Shown here piece after piece: positions 19,887-29,499 of a DNA stretch of 32,000 bases. The DNA is taken from assembly GCA_964477525.1 (NCBI GenBank), contig CAYZHY010000014.1, positions 9,501-41,500 of the forward strand. The letters run 5' to 3'. The number at the start of each line of letters is the position of its first letter. Position 1 is the stretch's first letter. The position numbers and the translations under genes are program-made. The notes below the pieces were generated by a model. It saw only the letters and a program-made list of their open reading frames with translations, was not told where the DNA came from and ran no database searches. This DNA comes from an uncultured Geitlerinema sp. (GTDB lineage Bacteria; Cyanobacteriota; Cyanobacteriia; Cyanobacteriales; PCC-9228).

Positions 19887-21296
19887 CTATGTCTCCACTT
19901 TCCCCTCCTCGATCGCACGAGTTGGTAAATAGCTAGCGGCGATCGCAACACACAACCACCATACCGTATTAATCTGCGGACGATACCACACTGTATCCAC
20001 CAAACCATGTACCATCAATCCTACCATAGCCGCCAGCGTTGCCATCAGCCAATATCCCTGGGGATTGCTACGATCGCGTAGGGCACAGACTTGCCGCCAG
20101 CCACTGGCAAAACTCACCAGCAGAAACCACAAAAACGATGCCAAACCGATAAATCCAGTTTCCACAGCCACTTCTAAAAATACCGAATAGGCACTCAAGG
20201 CACTGTAGTTGGGACGCATGTAGAGGGGATATACTTGGTTAAAAGCATCGTTGCCCGGTCCTATTCCTAGGATAGGGCGATCGCGTATCATATCGATAAC
20301 TGCCGCCCACACATTCATGCGGAAATTGTTGCTGCTGTCTTCACGACCCGCAAAAATACTCATAGCGCGATCGCGAATGGGGTCTACAAATAACACTGCT
20401 AGCACCACCACCGCTGCACTAGCCCCCAAAACACCTGGTATTGTCCATATTCGCCACTTTTGCGGCAGTTTGGGGGTCCACCAATAGACCAACATCAGCA
20501 CAAACACAAAGCCAGCCGCCAAAAAGCCAATCCAACCACCACGACTGTAGGTAAGAACCAAACACACCGAGTTGGTAACAAACATCCCCACCGCCAACGC
20601 CTTGCAAGTGATGCGACGCCAGGCAAAAATCGCCCCCATACTGAACGCTACCGCCGGAATCAAATAGCCAGCCAGCAAGTTGGGATTTCCCAGAAAGCTA
20701 TAAACCCTGGTAATTTCGGCAGTTGCCGATTTTGGATCGGTCCAAGTTGCTAGGGGGTCTGCCCCAAAGTACCACTGACGAATGCCATAGGCACTAACAA
20801 TCAGCGAAATATGCAAGTAAACGCCTACAAACGCATCTTGGACTCTTCTGCCAATGCGCGATCGCAATAACTTAGCCGCCAAAGCAAACAGCAACAGGTA
20901 CAAAGTCAGCTCAACCCATCCCGTAAACGCTGCTTCCCGCACCGGTGACAGCGCCATCGCTACGGTAGAAATGGCCCAGTACAGCAAGACCAGCAAATGA
21001 ATTGGCGTTAGAATCGCTTGGGGGGATCGCCAGTCTTCCGTAACCGTCAGCATCGCCCACAATCCGGCACAGGCAATTAACAAAACACCAATGAGTGAGG
21101 TAGGCACAAACGGTCCCACCACAAAAACCAAACTCACCAGCAACGCGCCCAAGGGTTCTGCCCACTGCATCAGCCAGCTACCCTGACGCCAAGCAGCCAG
21201 CGGACCATTTGTCAAGCGAAACAAGATGCTTTGACGCTGCCATTGCTGGAAGGGAATTTGGGATAGGGTCAGTGGTTGCCAAACAGAACGTACCAT
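19887..21296 (-). CDS. ictB: IctB family protein (O-antigen ligase/polymerase-like membrane protein, putative inorganic carbon-related)
   Basis: 469 aa, about 10 hydrophobic segments; RVYSFLGNPNLLAGYLIP, LTYSRGGWIGF, GREDSSNNFRMNVWAAV, GIGPGNDAFNQVYPLY. Confidence 0.9.
   Translation of the reverse strand: MVRSVWQPLTLSQIPFQQWQRQSILFRLTNGPLAAWRQGSWLMQWAEPLGALLVSLVFVVGPFVPTSLIGVLLIACAGLWAMLTVTEDWRSPQAILTPIHLLVLLYWAISTVAMALSPVREAAFTGWVELTLYLLLFALAAKLLRSRIGRRVQDAFVGVYLHISLIVSAYGIRQWYFGADPLATWTDPKSATAEITRVYSFLGNPNLLAGYLIPAVAFSMGAIFAWRRITCKALAVGMFVTNSVCLVLTYSRGGWIGFLAAGFVFVLMLVYWWTPKLPQKWRIWTIPGVLGASAAVVVLAVLFVDPIRDRAMSIFAGREDSSNNFRMNVWAAVIDMIRDRPILGIGPGNDAFNQVYPLYMRPNYSALSAYSVFLEVAVETGFIGLASFLWFLLVSFASGWRQVCALRDRSNPQGYWLMATLAAMVGLMVHGLVDTVWYRPQINTVWWLCVAIAASYLPTRAIEEGKVET
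19897..20404. repeat. Right copy of the 508-bp direct repeat (3' end of intact ictB)
   Basis: Matches 17126-17633. Confidence 0.92.
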
Positions 21297-21354
21297 AATT
21301 GCTATTGAAACTTGGTTTTGCAGGCGACAGTTGGAAAAAATTGGCTTTTAGAAA

Positions 21355-24012
21355 CTAAGGACGAATAAAATGCGCCCAAACATTGCCATCGGGACCGCAG
21401 ACTTCATCCATATAGCCATAAGGATATACCAACCCACCGCCGTACACATCCGAGTACCCGGTCATGGCATTGCCCCACGGGTCGTTGACAATGTAACCTG
21501 ACTGATTGTATCCGATAATGCAGAGAATATGGCCGCTGGCTGTAAAATCGCCAGCAATAGGCACTGGTCGCCGGTTTACTAGTTCGTCCATTACTGCCGA
21601 CCAATTGCGACTGGTACTAAAACTCGTCTGAAAGTCATAGGCTTTGATGAGGTTGGAAAGAAGGTTGTGAGAGGTCCAAGACCCGTAGCCAGCCTGATTG
21701 ATACACCATTGCAGCAGTTCGTCTTCTAGCTGCCCGCCCGATTGCGATCGCACGCCGTAGAAATAAAATACCATAGCTAGAGTGGTCACGTTGCAGGTAG
21801 ACCAGGAATAGCGTGGATTGTCTACTTGAGAAAAATAGGGAACATCGATTTCCAACTGGTCGGGAAATGGGTCAAATGTCTTACCGCCGCGACGCATCAA
21901 CACGTGGTCGGGAAATAAATAGCCAGTATTGCCAAAATTTTCAAATTCTTCGGTCATCGCCGTTTTGAGATGGTTCTCTTCAATGGCGTAGCTACTGACG
22001 CCGTAAACTCGACCGCTAGGCAGCGTCACTTTCTCCGAACTTGACAGTTGGTTGGAATCGGTCGGTCGCTTTTTCAAGATTGTTGTTTGACGCATGGTGG
22101 CGGTTAAAGCTTCCGGGTCGTAGGCAACTTTGCGATCGCCTTTTTTAATGGTTACGTGACGCCAGTATAAATAACCAACATTTCCCAAACCATCGACCGA
22201 TTCTGCCAGGGTGACACGAAAATGTCCTTGCATGGCAGCATAGCCGGTAATTTCAAAGACAGTTCCCAAGGCAATTTTGGTTTTTTGATTGGCTGGCAAC
22301 AATGCAGCATCCTTGGGTTGGGCTTTGAAAAACGTTGTATGTTCGATCAACAATTGGGCTTGCCCTTCCACGGTTGGTACATCTTTCACGTCAAAAACCA
22401 ACTGTCGCTCTCCCCGATACAAATTGACGTGGTCTTCAAAAAAATAACCAAACTCACCTACCGGCGCAATCGGCGTTTCTAACAATACTTTCAAATGACC
22501 GTCTACAAAGCCATATTGTTTGACAGCAAAGGTTTTATCCCCAGCAATTTTCGTACGTTGTTGGGAATTGAGCGCTCCAGAATCGGCTGGTGTCATTTTA
22601 AAAATGGTATCGCGTTTGGTGGTAAGTTTTAAATCGGTCCCCTCACTAAGAGGTTCTTCGCTTACTGTAATGTAAACAAGTTGGCTGTCCACCAGTTCGC
22701 TGTTACTGTTCAATCCGCGAAAGTTCAACCACCGCAGACCTGCTTGTTGGAATCCCTTTTCCAAAACCACTTGCCAAATCCCGGTATTGGGATTGATGTT
22801 TACTGGCAAAGAATACTTATTTTCTGCCAACGCAGAAATTTTGGCGACGGTATTGGGTTCAAACTTTCCTTGCAAAACCGTTTTCTCACCTGCGATCGCA
22901 TATTTGGGCTTGGTATAGCTCAATCCCGAACCGGCTTGAATGGTTTTGTCACCCTTGCGAAGTTCCACAAAATCTGGGTAAAGATAGCCCGTATTGCCAA
23001 AATCCGGTAAATTTTCGCTAAAAGAAACTTTCAAGTGACCTTTCACCCAAGTATATCCCACCACACCATAGACCATCCCTTCCGTAAGGGTTGTTTTTTC
23101 CGAACTCGATAGTTCCGCTGCTGGTTGCGGTTGTTTTTTAAAGGCTGTTGTTTTCAAAATATGGACATTGACGGCTTTGGGATCGAACTTGACCAAATTT
23201 CCATCTTGCAACAACCGTATGTGAGGAGCATACAAATAACCAATTCTTCCGAAATTGGGCAAACTTTTGGATAAAGTTACCCGAAAATGCCCTTCCACAC
23301 AAGCATATCCAGTAACTAAAAAATGTTCCCCAAAGAGCAAATCTTGCTTTTGCTGGTCCAAAAGTTGTTCGGAAGGTTCTGGCGTGGCTTTGATTTTGGT
23401 AGCGTGGGCAATCCAAATTTGCCAAAATCCCGGTGGCGATTTGGGCAAATCTTCAACTTGAAAGTGAAGGATTTCCCCATTGTTCCCCTTGGTTAAATGA
23501 ACGTGGGGTTCGTAGAAATATCCAAAGGCACCATCTTCTAGTTCTACCTTCAAATGGTTCTTGATGAAGCCGTAGCGAGTAACTTTAAATCCTTGTGAAG
23601 TTTTGACTCTTGCCTTTTCTTGGCTTTTGAGATTGTCTGAAGAAATGGGGGCAGCTTTGAAATAGGTTTCCCGCAAAATTTTGATTTCCAGGGAATCTCC
23701 CTCAATCATGGGTTTGCTGCTAACGGTAACAAATACGCGCTGGCTGCTGACTAGTTCCCCGTTGCTGTCGAAACCTTTCAAACGCAACCAGCGAATGCCA
23801 GCTTGACTAAAGCCTGATTCGAGAGGTACTTGCCAAATGCCGTTTTCCCGGTTCGTACTGACGGGAAGGTCGTATTTATCTTCCACGACCACCGAAATTT
23901 TGGCAATGCGTTCCGAGTCAAACGTTCCGTTGAGGGCAGTGGGATGCTTGACGGGAACCTCTTTGGGGCTGTTGTAGGTAAGGGGTTGGTTCTCGCTGGT
24001 AGAATTCAGCAT
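21355..24012 (-). CDS. Large modular protein with duplicated beta-rich repeat modules and a C-terminal C39-like cysteine peptidase domain
   Basis: 885 aa. C-terminal VPYFSQVDNPRYSWSTCNVTTLAMVFYFYG (Cys) and GHILCIIGYNQSGYIVNDPWGN (His/Asp) fit peptidase C39_2. Upstream are two copies of a module beginning with an Ig-like unit followed by SH3-like repeats. Confidence 0.8.
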   Translation of the reverse strand: MLNSTSENQPLTYNSPKEVPVKHPTALNGTFDSERIAKISVVVEDKYDLPVSTNRENGIWQVPLESGFSQAGIRWLRLKGFDSNGELVSSQRVFVTVSSKPMIEGDSLEIKILRETYFKAAPISSDNLKSQEKARVKTSQGFKVTRYGFIKNHLKVELEDGAFGYFYEPHVHLTKGNNGEILHFQVEDLPKSPPGFWQIWIAHATKIKATPEPSEQLLDQQKQDLLFGEHFLVTGYACVEGHFRVTLSKSLPNFGRIGYLYAPHIRLLQDGNLVKFDPKAVNVHILKTTAFKKQPQPAAELSSSEKTTLTEGMVYGVVGYTWVKGHLKVSFSENLPDFGNTGYLYPDFVELRKGDKTIQAGSGLSYTKPKYAIAGEKTVLQGKFEPNTVAKISALAENKYSLPVNINPNTGIWQVVLEKGFQQAGLRWLNFRGLNSNSELVDSQLVYITVSEEPLSEGTDLKLTTKRDTIFKMTPADSGALNSQQRTKIAGDKTFAVKQYGFVDGHLKVLLETPIAPVGEFGYFFEDHVNLYRGERQLVFDVKDVPTVEGQAQLLIEHTTFFKAQPKDAALLPANQKTKIALGTVFEITGYAAMQGHFRVTLAESVDGLGNVGYLYWRHVTIKKGDRKVAYDPEALTATMRQTTILKKRPTDSNQLSSSEKVTLPSGRVYGVSSYAIEENHLKTAMTEEFENFGNTGYLFPDHVLMRRGGKTFDPFPDQLEIDVPYFSQVDNPRYSWSTCNVTTLAMVFYFYGVRSQSGGQLEDELLQWCINQAGYGSWTSHNLLSNLIKAYDFQTSFSTSRNWSAVMDELVNRRPVPIAGDFTASGHILCIIGYNQSGYIVNDPWGNAMTGYSDVYGGGLVYPYGYMDEVCGPDGNVWAHFIRP

Positions 24013-24287
24013 AATGAAGTTCGGGAAGTGGAACGAGCGACATTACAAATAATGGTTGGGCAACAAAAGTGGTTTCGGTTGGTTTCAGCAAAAAATAGAT
24101 ACTTCCAATCCTACCCTCAATCCTAGAAGAATGTTTGGAAGAATGTTTGAATGCTCGGTGCAATTGTTCTCGATGCAAATCTTATCGAACAGATGTGGTT
24201 GTCATTCTTACAATTGGTTCTACACTAGGGAATATCCCTATTGTTACGAACTTTTCATCGCTTTTTGCTACTTCCACTACCAAATCT

Positions 24288-25271
24288 ATGGTTAAGTTCC
24301 AAATTCAGCCCGATAGCGAAATTTCAGCATCCAACCAACTGTTCAACCAAATTCGTTTTGCGATCGCTTCTCGGCAATTTCCCCCCAACCACCGCCTTCC
24401 CAGTACCAGGGCACTTGCCATGCAAACGGGATTGCACCGCAATACAGTAAATAAAGTATACCGTCAATTGGAAGAGTTGGGATTGGTGGAGTCCCAAGCC
24501 GGTTCGGGGATTTACGTGCGCGATTTGGGTCGCGAAGGCGGCACCAGACCCCATTCGCCGCTGCTGCAAAAATATCCCCAAGCTTACGATATCATTAAGG
24601 ATAGTTTGGACCAACTGTTGGAGCAGGGCTGTTCCCTGCAAGATGCCCGGGAGTTGTTTCTAGCGGAAATTGACTGGCGGTTGCGTTGCAGTGCCCGGGT
24701 TTTGGTGACTGCTCCTTCCCAGGATATCGGTGTCGGGCATTTAATGGGGCAAGAAGTTCAAAAAATGTTAGCCATTCCCGTACAAGTGGTACCGTTGGAA
24801 GAGTTGGAACCTGCTCTCAACCAAACTACTTCCAGTACGGTGGTCACCAGTCGCTATTTTGTTGCCGCTGCCGAAAAAATTGCTTCTCCCAAGTCAGTGC
24901 GGGTGATTCCTGTAGACCTTTACGATTATGCCAAAGAAACGGAGTTGGTACTATCCCTACCGGAAAATACCCGTTTGGGTTTGGTAAGTCTCAGTTCTGG
25001 TATTTTGCGGGCGGCGGAAGTAATTTTGCACAGCTTGCGTGGAGATAATTTGTTACCCATGTTTGCCCAAACCGAGGATTCTTACAAACTGAATGCGGTG
25101 GTACGTGGGGCAGATATCATTATATGCGATCGCGCTAGTTACGAGGAAGTCCAAACGGCCCTAGCTTCCAATCGCAGCGAAATGATTCGCATCCCCGAAA
25201 TTCTTTGTTGTGAAAATTATATTAGCAGCGATTCTATGAAAGAGTTGCGGCGGGAGTTAGGATTGGAATAA
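24288..25271 (+). CDS. GntR-family transcriptional regulator with C-terminal sensor-like domain
   Basis: ORF 24135..25271, with likely start at MVKFQIQPDSEIS (24288). ASNQLFNQIRFAIASRQFPPNHRLPSTRALAMQTGLHRNTVNKVYRQLEELGLVESQAGSGIYV is a classic GntR wHTH. Confidence 0.9.
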   Translation: MVKFQIQPDSEISASNQLFNQIRFAIASRQFPPNHRLPSTRALAMQTGLHRNTVNKVYRQLEELGLVESQAGSGIYVRDLGREGGTRPHSPLLQKYPQAYDIIKDSLDQLLEQGCSLQDARELFLAEIDWRLRCSARVLVTAPSQDIGVGHLMGQEVQKMLAIPVQVVPLEELEPALNQTTSSTVVTSRYFVAAAEKIASPKSVRVIPVDLYDYAKETELVLSLPENTRLGLVSLSSGILRAAEVILHSLRGDNLLPMFAQTEDSYKLNAVVRGADIIICDRASYEEVQTALASNRSEMIRIPEILCCENYISSDSMKELRRELGLE

Positions 25272-25319
25272 GCAAGCAGCAAAATCTGAAAATTCCAGAA
25301 ACGTAAACATCCCCTTCGC

Positions 25320-26252
25320 TTAGAGTTGAAAAATTGCTTGAATTTTTGTTGCTATCCAGAAAATTAAAGTATTGTTGTAATATGGGCGGCAGATTTCGCT
25401 GATTTCATCGAGAGACCCCTCAAAATCAAGAAAGCTAATTATATTACCGTAAACGGCATTCTCGTAAAAAATAGAATCGGGTTTTAAAGTGTCTTTTTGT
25501 AGGTCGAAAACTCGCTCTTGGGTGCGAGAAACCATATCAACTAAAATACTGGTTCCATAACCACAGCTTTTTAAAACATCAAGACATTGCATGGTGGCTT
25601 GCATGTATTTGGATGACCAACCGCGATCGCCTGTTTGTCGATTGCTACCGCCACCGTACTCAAACATGATAACCTTAGGTAAAAGCGATCGCGGTAAGTC
25701 CGGGAGTTGACCAATAATCGTAGATTCCCAGCCTTCAACATCCATTTTGATACAAGTTAGTTCTTGACATTGAAGTTGATTTAATAAAGTTGGCAAACTC
25801 AGCGTTTCCACAATTTTGGTACTAGGAGAAGAGCCAAACCAATCAGGGGCTAGGGAACTAAAGTTAGAATTGGCTTGCCCAGCAAACTTGCCCATATAAA
25901 GAGGCTGCCTTCCATCCGTATCTGAAAGGCATGCCTCAATTATCGATATATGGTGTTGCTGACACCGAGAACGAAGTTTCCGAACTGGCAATGGTTCCAC
26001 AACCCACGTTGGAAATCCCAATCGAGCAAACATTTCACAGTAAAATGCGAAAGTACCAACGCCAACATCAACACAGATGCCAGAGCGTTTGGGATCGAGC
26101 TTTGGTAAAAAATGATTTAGTAAAGTTTGACAACATGATTCCACGTGCATGATTTTTCTCCGAGAATGTATTGTTTCTATATGATATGATAAGACAACAA
26201 TATTAAAATATGTTTGATTCAGCAACTCGATTACTTTTGTTTTGAATGGCAC
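25320..26252 (-). CDS. FkbM family methyltransferase
   Basis: 310 aa; GICVDVGVGTFAFYCEMFARLG, CIKMDVEGWESTIIGQL, MFEYGGG. Confidence 0.85.
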   Translation of the reverse strand: MPFKTKVIELLNQTYFNIVVLSYHIETIHSRRKIMHVESCCQTLLNHFLPKLDPKRSGICVDVGVGTFAFYCEMFARLGFPTWVVEPLPVRKLRSRCQQHHISIIEACLSDTDGRQPLYMGKFAGQANSNFSSLAPDWFGSSPSTKIVETLSLPTLLNQLQCQELTCIKMDVEGWESTIIGQLPDLPRSLLPKVIMFEYGGGSNRQTGDRGWSSKYMQATMQCLDVLKSCGYGTSILVDMVSRTQERVFDLQKDTLKPDSIFYENAVYGNIISFLDFEGSLDEISEICRPYYNNTLIFWIATKIQAIFQL

Positions 26253-26579
26253 GTATCGATTTGCTAGCTCGATGGTACAAATCGTTGCAGACTAGTGTTA
26301 TCCCAAATCCGCCATATCAAAACCATATTTGAAATCGTAGTATGTGGGCATTCCCCTACAAAAACCGTTTTTGCTTGATTTGGGGTGTATGTTTTAGGGT
26401 CCAATTGAAGCGGATTGGGTATGAAAGGTGTATGTAGGTTGGCAAAATATCGCCAAACTTGACTTCTCTACACGTTCAGTGCCTCTAATTTCCAATTCCA
26501 CAACTGTCACATCAAGTATCGCCAACCTAGCAACGGCTACCCACACTAGAGGTAAATAGACATTATTGGAGAAAAGTAA

Positions 26580-27353
26580 ATGTCAGTTCGTTTTTTTGGT
26601 AGCTTTAGTGCTGGATTGGTGGTTGTCTTGCTGGTTGCCTTTGCCGTTTTAAATTGGTTGGGCATTCCTATCGGAAATTTCTTAGATTGGGTGATTGGCG
26701 GTGCCAGTTTTTGGTGGCTGGTGGTCATCGTGACGGTTCCTTGGAATATCTATTTTCGTTCTAAAGAAGTAATGACAGATGCCCAAAAATCCCAACAAAA
26801 AGGGATTTCTGTGGAAGAAACCCAACTATCCTACGTGCAAATGCTTACAAAACGATCGCTGTGGGTCGCTTTGGGATTGCATTTGGTTTCTGCAATTGCC
26901 TTGTATTTGTTAGCAGCTTTTGGCGTGAGTGCTATTGGTTACATTGGTTCGGTAGCGGCTTTGTTACTGACTTTGTTGCGACCGGCTATTCGCACTTACG
27001 AGTATATTGCCACGCGCTTGTTTGCCATTCAACGGGAATTTACCCATCCCCGCCAGGATATCGTCGAACTACGCGATCGCGTCAACCAAATCAGCCAGCA
27101 GGTGGAAAGGTTGCAACAGCAACTTAACACCAACAACCCCAATTCCTGGGCAGCAACACAGCAACGACAGCTGCAAGCCACCCGCAATGACCTCACCAAT
27201 TTAGGTTCTGCCTTGGAAACATTACGCACGCACAATCAATCGGAACACGAACGCCTTTCTCAAGATGCCCAAAATGCGATCGCGCAGCTTTCAGAAGATT
27301 CCCGTTTTCTGGGCAACGTACGGGAAATTATTCGTTTTATCAAGGAAGGTTAA
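26580..27353 (+). CDS. Hypothetical membrane protein with C-terminal coiled coil
   Basis: 257 aa; three or four hydrophobic segments, then a Gln/Leu-rich heptad-like region (RVNQISQQVERLQQQLNT...). Confidence 0.75.
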   Translation: MSVRFFGSFSAGLVVVLLVAFAVLNWLGIPIGNFLDWVIGGASFWWLVVIVTVPWNIYFRSKEVMTDAQKSQQKGISVEETQLSYVQMLTKRSLWVALGLHLVSAIALYLLAAFGVSAIGYIGSVAALLLTLLRPAIRTYEYIATRLFAIQREFTHPRQDIVELRDRVNQISQQVERLQQQLNTNNPNSWAATQQRQLQATRNDLTNLGSALETLRTHNQSEHERLSQDAQNAIAQLSEDSRFLGNVREIIRFIKEG

Positions 27354-27465
27354 ATAAGAAAATATGGCTGGTAGGCAAGGGGAAAATTCTTTCATGAATC
27401 GGTCGCTTTTTCCTTTCAATTGAACCTGCATCCGTTTTAAAAAAACCCTCAAAAATGAAATTTCT

Positions 27466-27490
27466 ATAGGGTGGTCATTTCCCACCCTAT
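27466..27490. terminator. Hairpin ATAGGGTGG-N7-CCACCCTAT, possible terminator
   Basis: Perfect 9-bp stem followed by TCTTTT. Confidence 0.5.
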
Positions 27491-27509
27491 TCTTTTAAAT
27501 GTAGTTTGA

Positions 27510-28535
27510 TTGGATAGCATCGGTATTTTTGATTTTAAGTTTTATGAAGATGTCCAACATTCCCCATCGAGTAGTGAAATCATAAAAAAGCAGTGGATTG
27601 ATTCGAGGGGGAAAGCGATGAATTCTGTAGCTAGCAAGTCACCGGGATTGACATCTCACCTCATTAACGGCATTTTTTCAGTGAAACCACTGGCGAATTT
27701 TGCTAAAAAACGAGCCCGTCAGATGATAATTCAGCGGGCCGAAAACATGGGTATTCCCTGGCGAGAGGAAGCTGCCAAATTGCGATCGCAACCGTTAGAT
27801 ACTCTATTCGATCGAGTTTGCGATCGCAACCTTGTTTACCCCGATTATTACCTGCAATCCTTCCATGCCTACGAAAACGGTAATCTAGGGTGGGAAAGTG
27901 CCACTGAAGTAGAAGTTGCCGCTAAATCCGTTCATGCCAAAATTTGGCAAGATGGGGATATCGAAGGCGATGCCAAACTACGACAAAGCTACCACGACGT
28001 TTTGACAGACCAACTCCCCACAATTCCCCGCGATATTGTCGATTTTGGCTGTGGTGCGGGCATGAGTACCTTTGCCCTGCAAGGAATCTATCCAGATGCC
28101 AACCTAACGGGAGTGGACCTGTCTCCGTATTTCCTCGCGATCGCGTATCACCGTTCCCAAGAGTATAACAAAAAGATCGATTGGGTTCACGCCCCCGCCG
28201 AATCCACTGGCTTGCCAGAATCGTCGTTTGATTTGGTATCTTTGTGCCTGGTTTGCCACGAACTGCCACAAACAGCAACCCGCGAAATTTTCCGAGAGGC
28301 GCGACGCTTGCTGCGTCCAAACGGACATATTGCGATTATGGATATGAATCCCCAATCGGAAGTCTACGCTCGCATGCCCATGTATGTTTTTACCTTACTT
28401 AAAGTTACCGAACCGTATTTAGACCAATATTTTAGCTTAGATATCGTCTCCGAATTAACGGCGGCAGGATTTGAATCGCCCACAATAACGCGCAACAGTC
28501 CGCGCCATCGAACGATCCTTGCTAAGGTGAGTTAA
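27510..28535 (+). CDS. Class I SAM-dependent methyltransferase
   Basis: 341 aa; IVDFGCGAGMSTFALQGIYPDANLTGVDLSPYFLAIA and FDLVSLCLVCHELP. Confidence 0.88.
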   Translation: MDSIGIFDFKFYEDVQHSPSSSEIIKKQWIDSRGKAMNSVASKSPGLTSHLINGIFSVKPLANFAKKRARQMIIQRAENMGIPWREEAAKLRSQPLDTLFDRVCDRNLVYPDYYLQSFHAYENGNLGWESATEVEVAAKSVHAKIWQDGDIEGDAKLRQSYHDVLTDQLPTIPRDIVDFGCGAGMSTFALQGIYPDANLTGVDLSPYFLAIAYHRSQEYNKKIDWVHAPAESTGLPESSFDLVSLCLVCHELPQTATREIFREARRLLRPNGHIAIMDMNPQSEVYARMPMYVFTLLKVTEPYLDQYFSLDIVSELTAAGFESPTITRNSPRHRTILAKVS

Positions 28536-28632
28536 AAATCGTCACCATGACAAGTCGGAACTTTACTTATCTATCTATAGAATTGCAGGTAGTACGTGCC
28601 AAATCCTAAGAGGAAGTTCCACTGGCGACTTT

Positions 28633-29298
28633 TTAGCTCAGCAAATTCCGAATCTGGGTAGCCTGTTTTTCCATATCCTCGCGGGTAACCGGATGGGGAA
28701 TATCGCGTCCTCGTTTAACCGCCGGTCTCTCACCCACCTGGCGCAGCCAACGCTGTAGATTCTCCAGACCATCTATACTGACCCCACTCCATTCGTGTTC
28801 GTGTACCCAGCTCCAGTTGGCAATGTCGGCGATGGAATATTCCCCAGCCAGGTACTCGACCTCTCCCAAGCGCTGGTCCAAAACTTCCAGGAGTCGCCGG
28901 CTTTCCTGCTGGTAGCGTTGGATAGCGTAGTCTATGCGTTCCGATGCGTAGCGGTAGAAGACATTAGCCTGCCCCATCATAGGACCTACGCCCCCCATCT
29001 GGAACATGAGCCATTGGATAGCAGTGTAGCGGGATTTTTCCTCTTTGGGGAGTAGGTTTCCACTCTTTTCTGCCAGGTAGAGCATGATAGCCCCAGACTC
29101 GAAGAGCGTGAAGTCGCCGTTGTCGCGGTCTACGATAGCAGGAATTTTGCCGTTAGGATTCATTTTCAGGAACCAGTCCTGCTTTTGTTCCCCTTCCAAG
29201 AGCTTGACCGGCTTGACCTCGTAGTCCCAACCCATCTCCTCTAGGGTGATAGAAACTTTCCAACCGTTGGGGGTGGCAGCAGTGTAGAGTTCGAGCAT
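28633..29298 (-). CDS. Glutathione S-transferase family protein
   Basis: 221 aa; [50 protein letters not shown]. Confidence 0.92.
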   Translation of the reverse strand: MLELYTAATPNGWKVSITLEEMGWDYEVKPVKLLEGEQKQDWFLKMNPNGKIPAIVDRDNGDFTLFESGAIMLYLAEKSGNLLPKEEKSRYTAIQWLMFQMGGVGPMMGQANVFYRYASERIDYAIQRYQQESRRLLEVLDQRLGEVEYLAGEYSIADIANWSWVHEHEWSGVSIDGLENLQRWLRQVGERPAVKRGRDIPHPVTREDMEKQATQIRNLLS

Positions 29299-29499
29299 GA
29301 AAATCTTCCTCCATTTTGGGTTTCTAGGTAATTGGAGTCTTCACTTGCTGGAAACTTTTTTGTCGTAGCTTCAAATCTAGTGGCAGTGCTAGTGTACAGT
29401 CCCTAAGATATGCTAGATGGTAGTTGGCGCGATCGCGTTTTATCTCGATATTCTACATCAGCGATCGCTTTAAGAAAAAGCTACATTAAAGCGTATCTA

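Larger units (their letters stand above)
17634..19896. mobile_element. Candidate restriction-modification insert bounded by a long target duplication
   Basis: Unique sequence between the two 508-bp direct repeats. It carries both RM genes and looks AT-richer than its flanks. Confidence 0.75.
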
